Source: a virus
Strand: one strand, 5' to 3'
DNA: 43,012 nucleotides
IMG/VR virus record: IMGVR_UViG_2802429654_000001
Coordinates: 1-43,012 of that record
Below, one piece after another: positions 42,311-43,012 of the stretch (within the stretch, counting starts at the first letter, position 1; the number at the start of each line of letters is the position of its first letter). A model generated the notes under the pieces. That model did not search any database. It was given only the letters and a program-made list of their open reading frames with translations, and was not told the origin of the DNA. Both the position numbers and the translations under genes were made by a program.

Positions 42311-42372
42311 TTACGGGGGTGTAACGCGAGCCGATCGAGCGTGATCGACCACCGCGTTACAGGGGTGTAACG
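42311..42372. repeat. Two 16-bp near-identical palindromic repeats TTAC(G/A)GGGGTGTAACG
   Basis: Copies at 42311-42326 and 42357-42372, 15/16 identical, upstream of tRNA-Phe. Confidence 0.7.
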
Positions 42373-42542
42373 TCCTCGGAGGGGACACGCCACGTGTGGC
42401 CGACAGCCTCGACCGTGACGATCGTCTCCGCCGCGATCGACGCCGAAAACTCGGAGTCAACGACTCGCGCGAGCGTCACCTCGCCACGTGGTGTCTCCGT
42501 TCGGACGATCGCGCCCGTCGACGGCGCCGCACTCGCGCTCAT
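42357..42542 (-). CDS. Hypothetical protein (61 aa)
   Basis: Coupled to the upstream gene through an ATGA overlap. Confidence 0.6.
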   Translation of the reverse strand: MSASAAPSTGAIVRTETPRGEVTLARVVDSEFSASIAAETIVTVEAVGHTWRVPSEDVTPL

Positions 42543-43012
42543 GCCGGCACCTCACGCTTCGAATCGGGCTTCTCGACAACGCCCGCCTCAACGGCGCCCG
42601 AGAGCACCTCGTTGATCGTCGTCGGGGCGCCCTCGCGATGCGGGCCGATCCCGCGGCCAGGAAGCGCCGCCGGCGGGAGCTCGTAGTAGAGTTCGTTCGC
42701 ACGCCGGGCCAGCTGCCGAACGTTGACGGTGTACCCCTTCGCCTTGAGTGTCGCTTGGAGGTTCTCCAGGAGATCTCGAAGGTGGGCGGGGTCGACCTCA
42801 TCGTCGTCCCACGTTCGGACGTACGCGCCGTCGACGCCACACTCGCAGAACGTCGTCCCCGCCTCCATCACCGGTTCGTCCGGGACGTCTTCGCGGGTGG
42901 TGCGCCACGGCAGGCGTTCAGAGTAGCGGGCGACGTAGACGCCGTCGTCCTCGACGCGGTTCTGGTCGGCGTCGACGTCGGCGTTGCGGTACCTCACGGG
43001 GCGCATCGCGTC
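42539..43012 (-). CDS. C-terminal part of the junction-spanning haloviral protein (181 aa in total with 72-1)
   Basis: DAMRPVRY...GTTFCECGVDGAYVRTW...; open to the window end and in frame with positions 72-1. Confidence 0.8.
   Translation of the reverse strand, partial: DAMRPVRYRNADVDADQNRVEDDGVYVARYSERLPWRTTREDVPDEPVMEAGTTFCECGVDGAYVRTWDDDEVDPAHLRDLLENLQATLKAKGYTVNVRQLARRANELYYELPPAALPGRGIGPHREGAPTTINEVLSGAVEAGVVEKPDSKREVPA

Larger units (their letters stand above)
1..43012. mobile_element. Haloarchaeal tailed virus genome (siphovirus-like, temperate), apparently complete and circular
   Basis: Ordered TerS-TerL-portal-head-MCP-neck-tail tube-TMP module, acidic proteome, PCNA, integrases and ParA. 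An ORF continues in frame from position 1 to position 43012. Confidence 0.93.

Noticed and set aside
1-43012. CRISPR array, DGR/reverse transcriptase, IS transposase, DNA methyltransferase, rRNA
   Set aside because: No regularly spaced repeat-spacer array and none of the diagnostic motifs were seen.

Overview
The window is GC-rich and encodes acidic proteins. It reads as the probably complete, circular genome of a temperate haloarchaeal tailed virus (Caudoviricetes, siphovirus-like). One ORF runs in frame across the end/start junction. Minus-strand late module (about 42.9k to 20.2k): tRNA-Phe, a tRNA-like element, holin-like membrane proteins, packaging HNH, TerS, TerL, portal, head morphogenesis protein, protease/scaffold, cement protein, HK97-type MCP, neck proteins, tail tube, tail chaperone with a probable -1 frameshift, tape measure and tail-tip genes. 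The rest holds three tyrosine recombinases (two SNJ2-like, one large with a hydrophobic C-terminal tail), a ParA plus partner cassette, two divergent regulatory switches, PCNA, a GNAT acetyltransferase and many Cys-rich micro-proteins. No polymerase, primase, full helicase, Orc1/Cdc6 or methyltransferase was recognised. Main discovery: the HK97-gp10-like neck gene is split by a 1068-nt group I intron (31518-32585). Helices P1-P10 can be paired by eye, and the intron carries an HNH homing endonuclease in the P5 loop. I know archaeal group I introns from rRNA genes, not from an archaeal virus protein gene. Other unexplained signals: three copies of a 41-42 bp TTAACCAAC-N23/24-GTWGGTTAA element, a GCCTAACACC inverted-repeat cluster, an RHH gene bracketed by perfect 18-bp repeats, and a stand-alone MCM-like winged-helix gene. 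All family assignments come from motif recognition and recall, not database searches.
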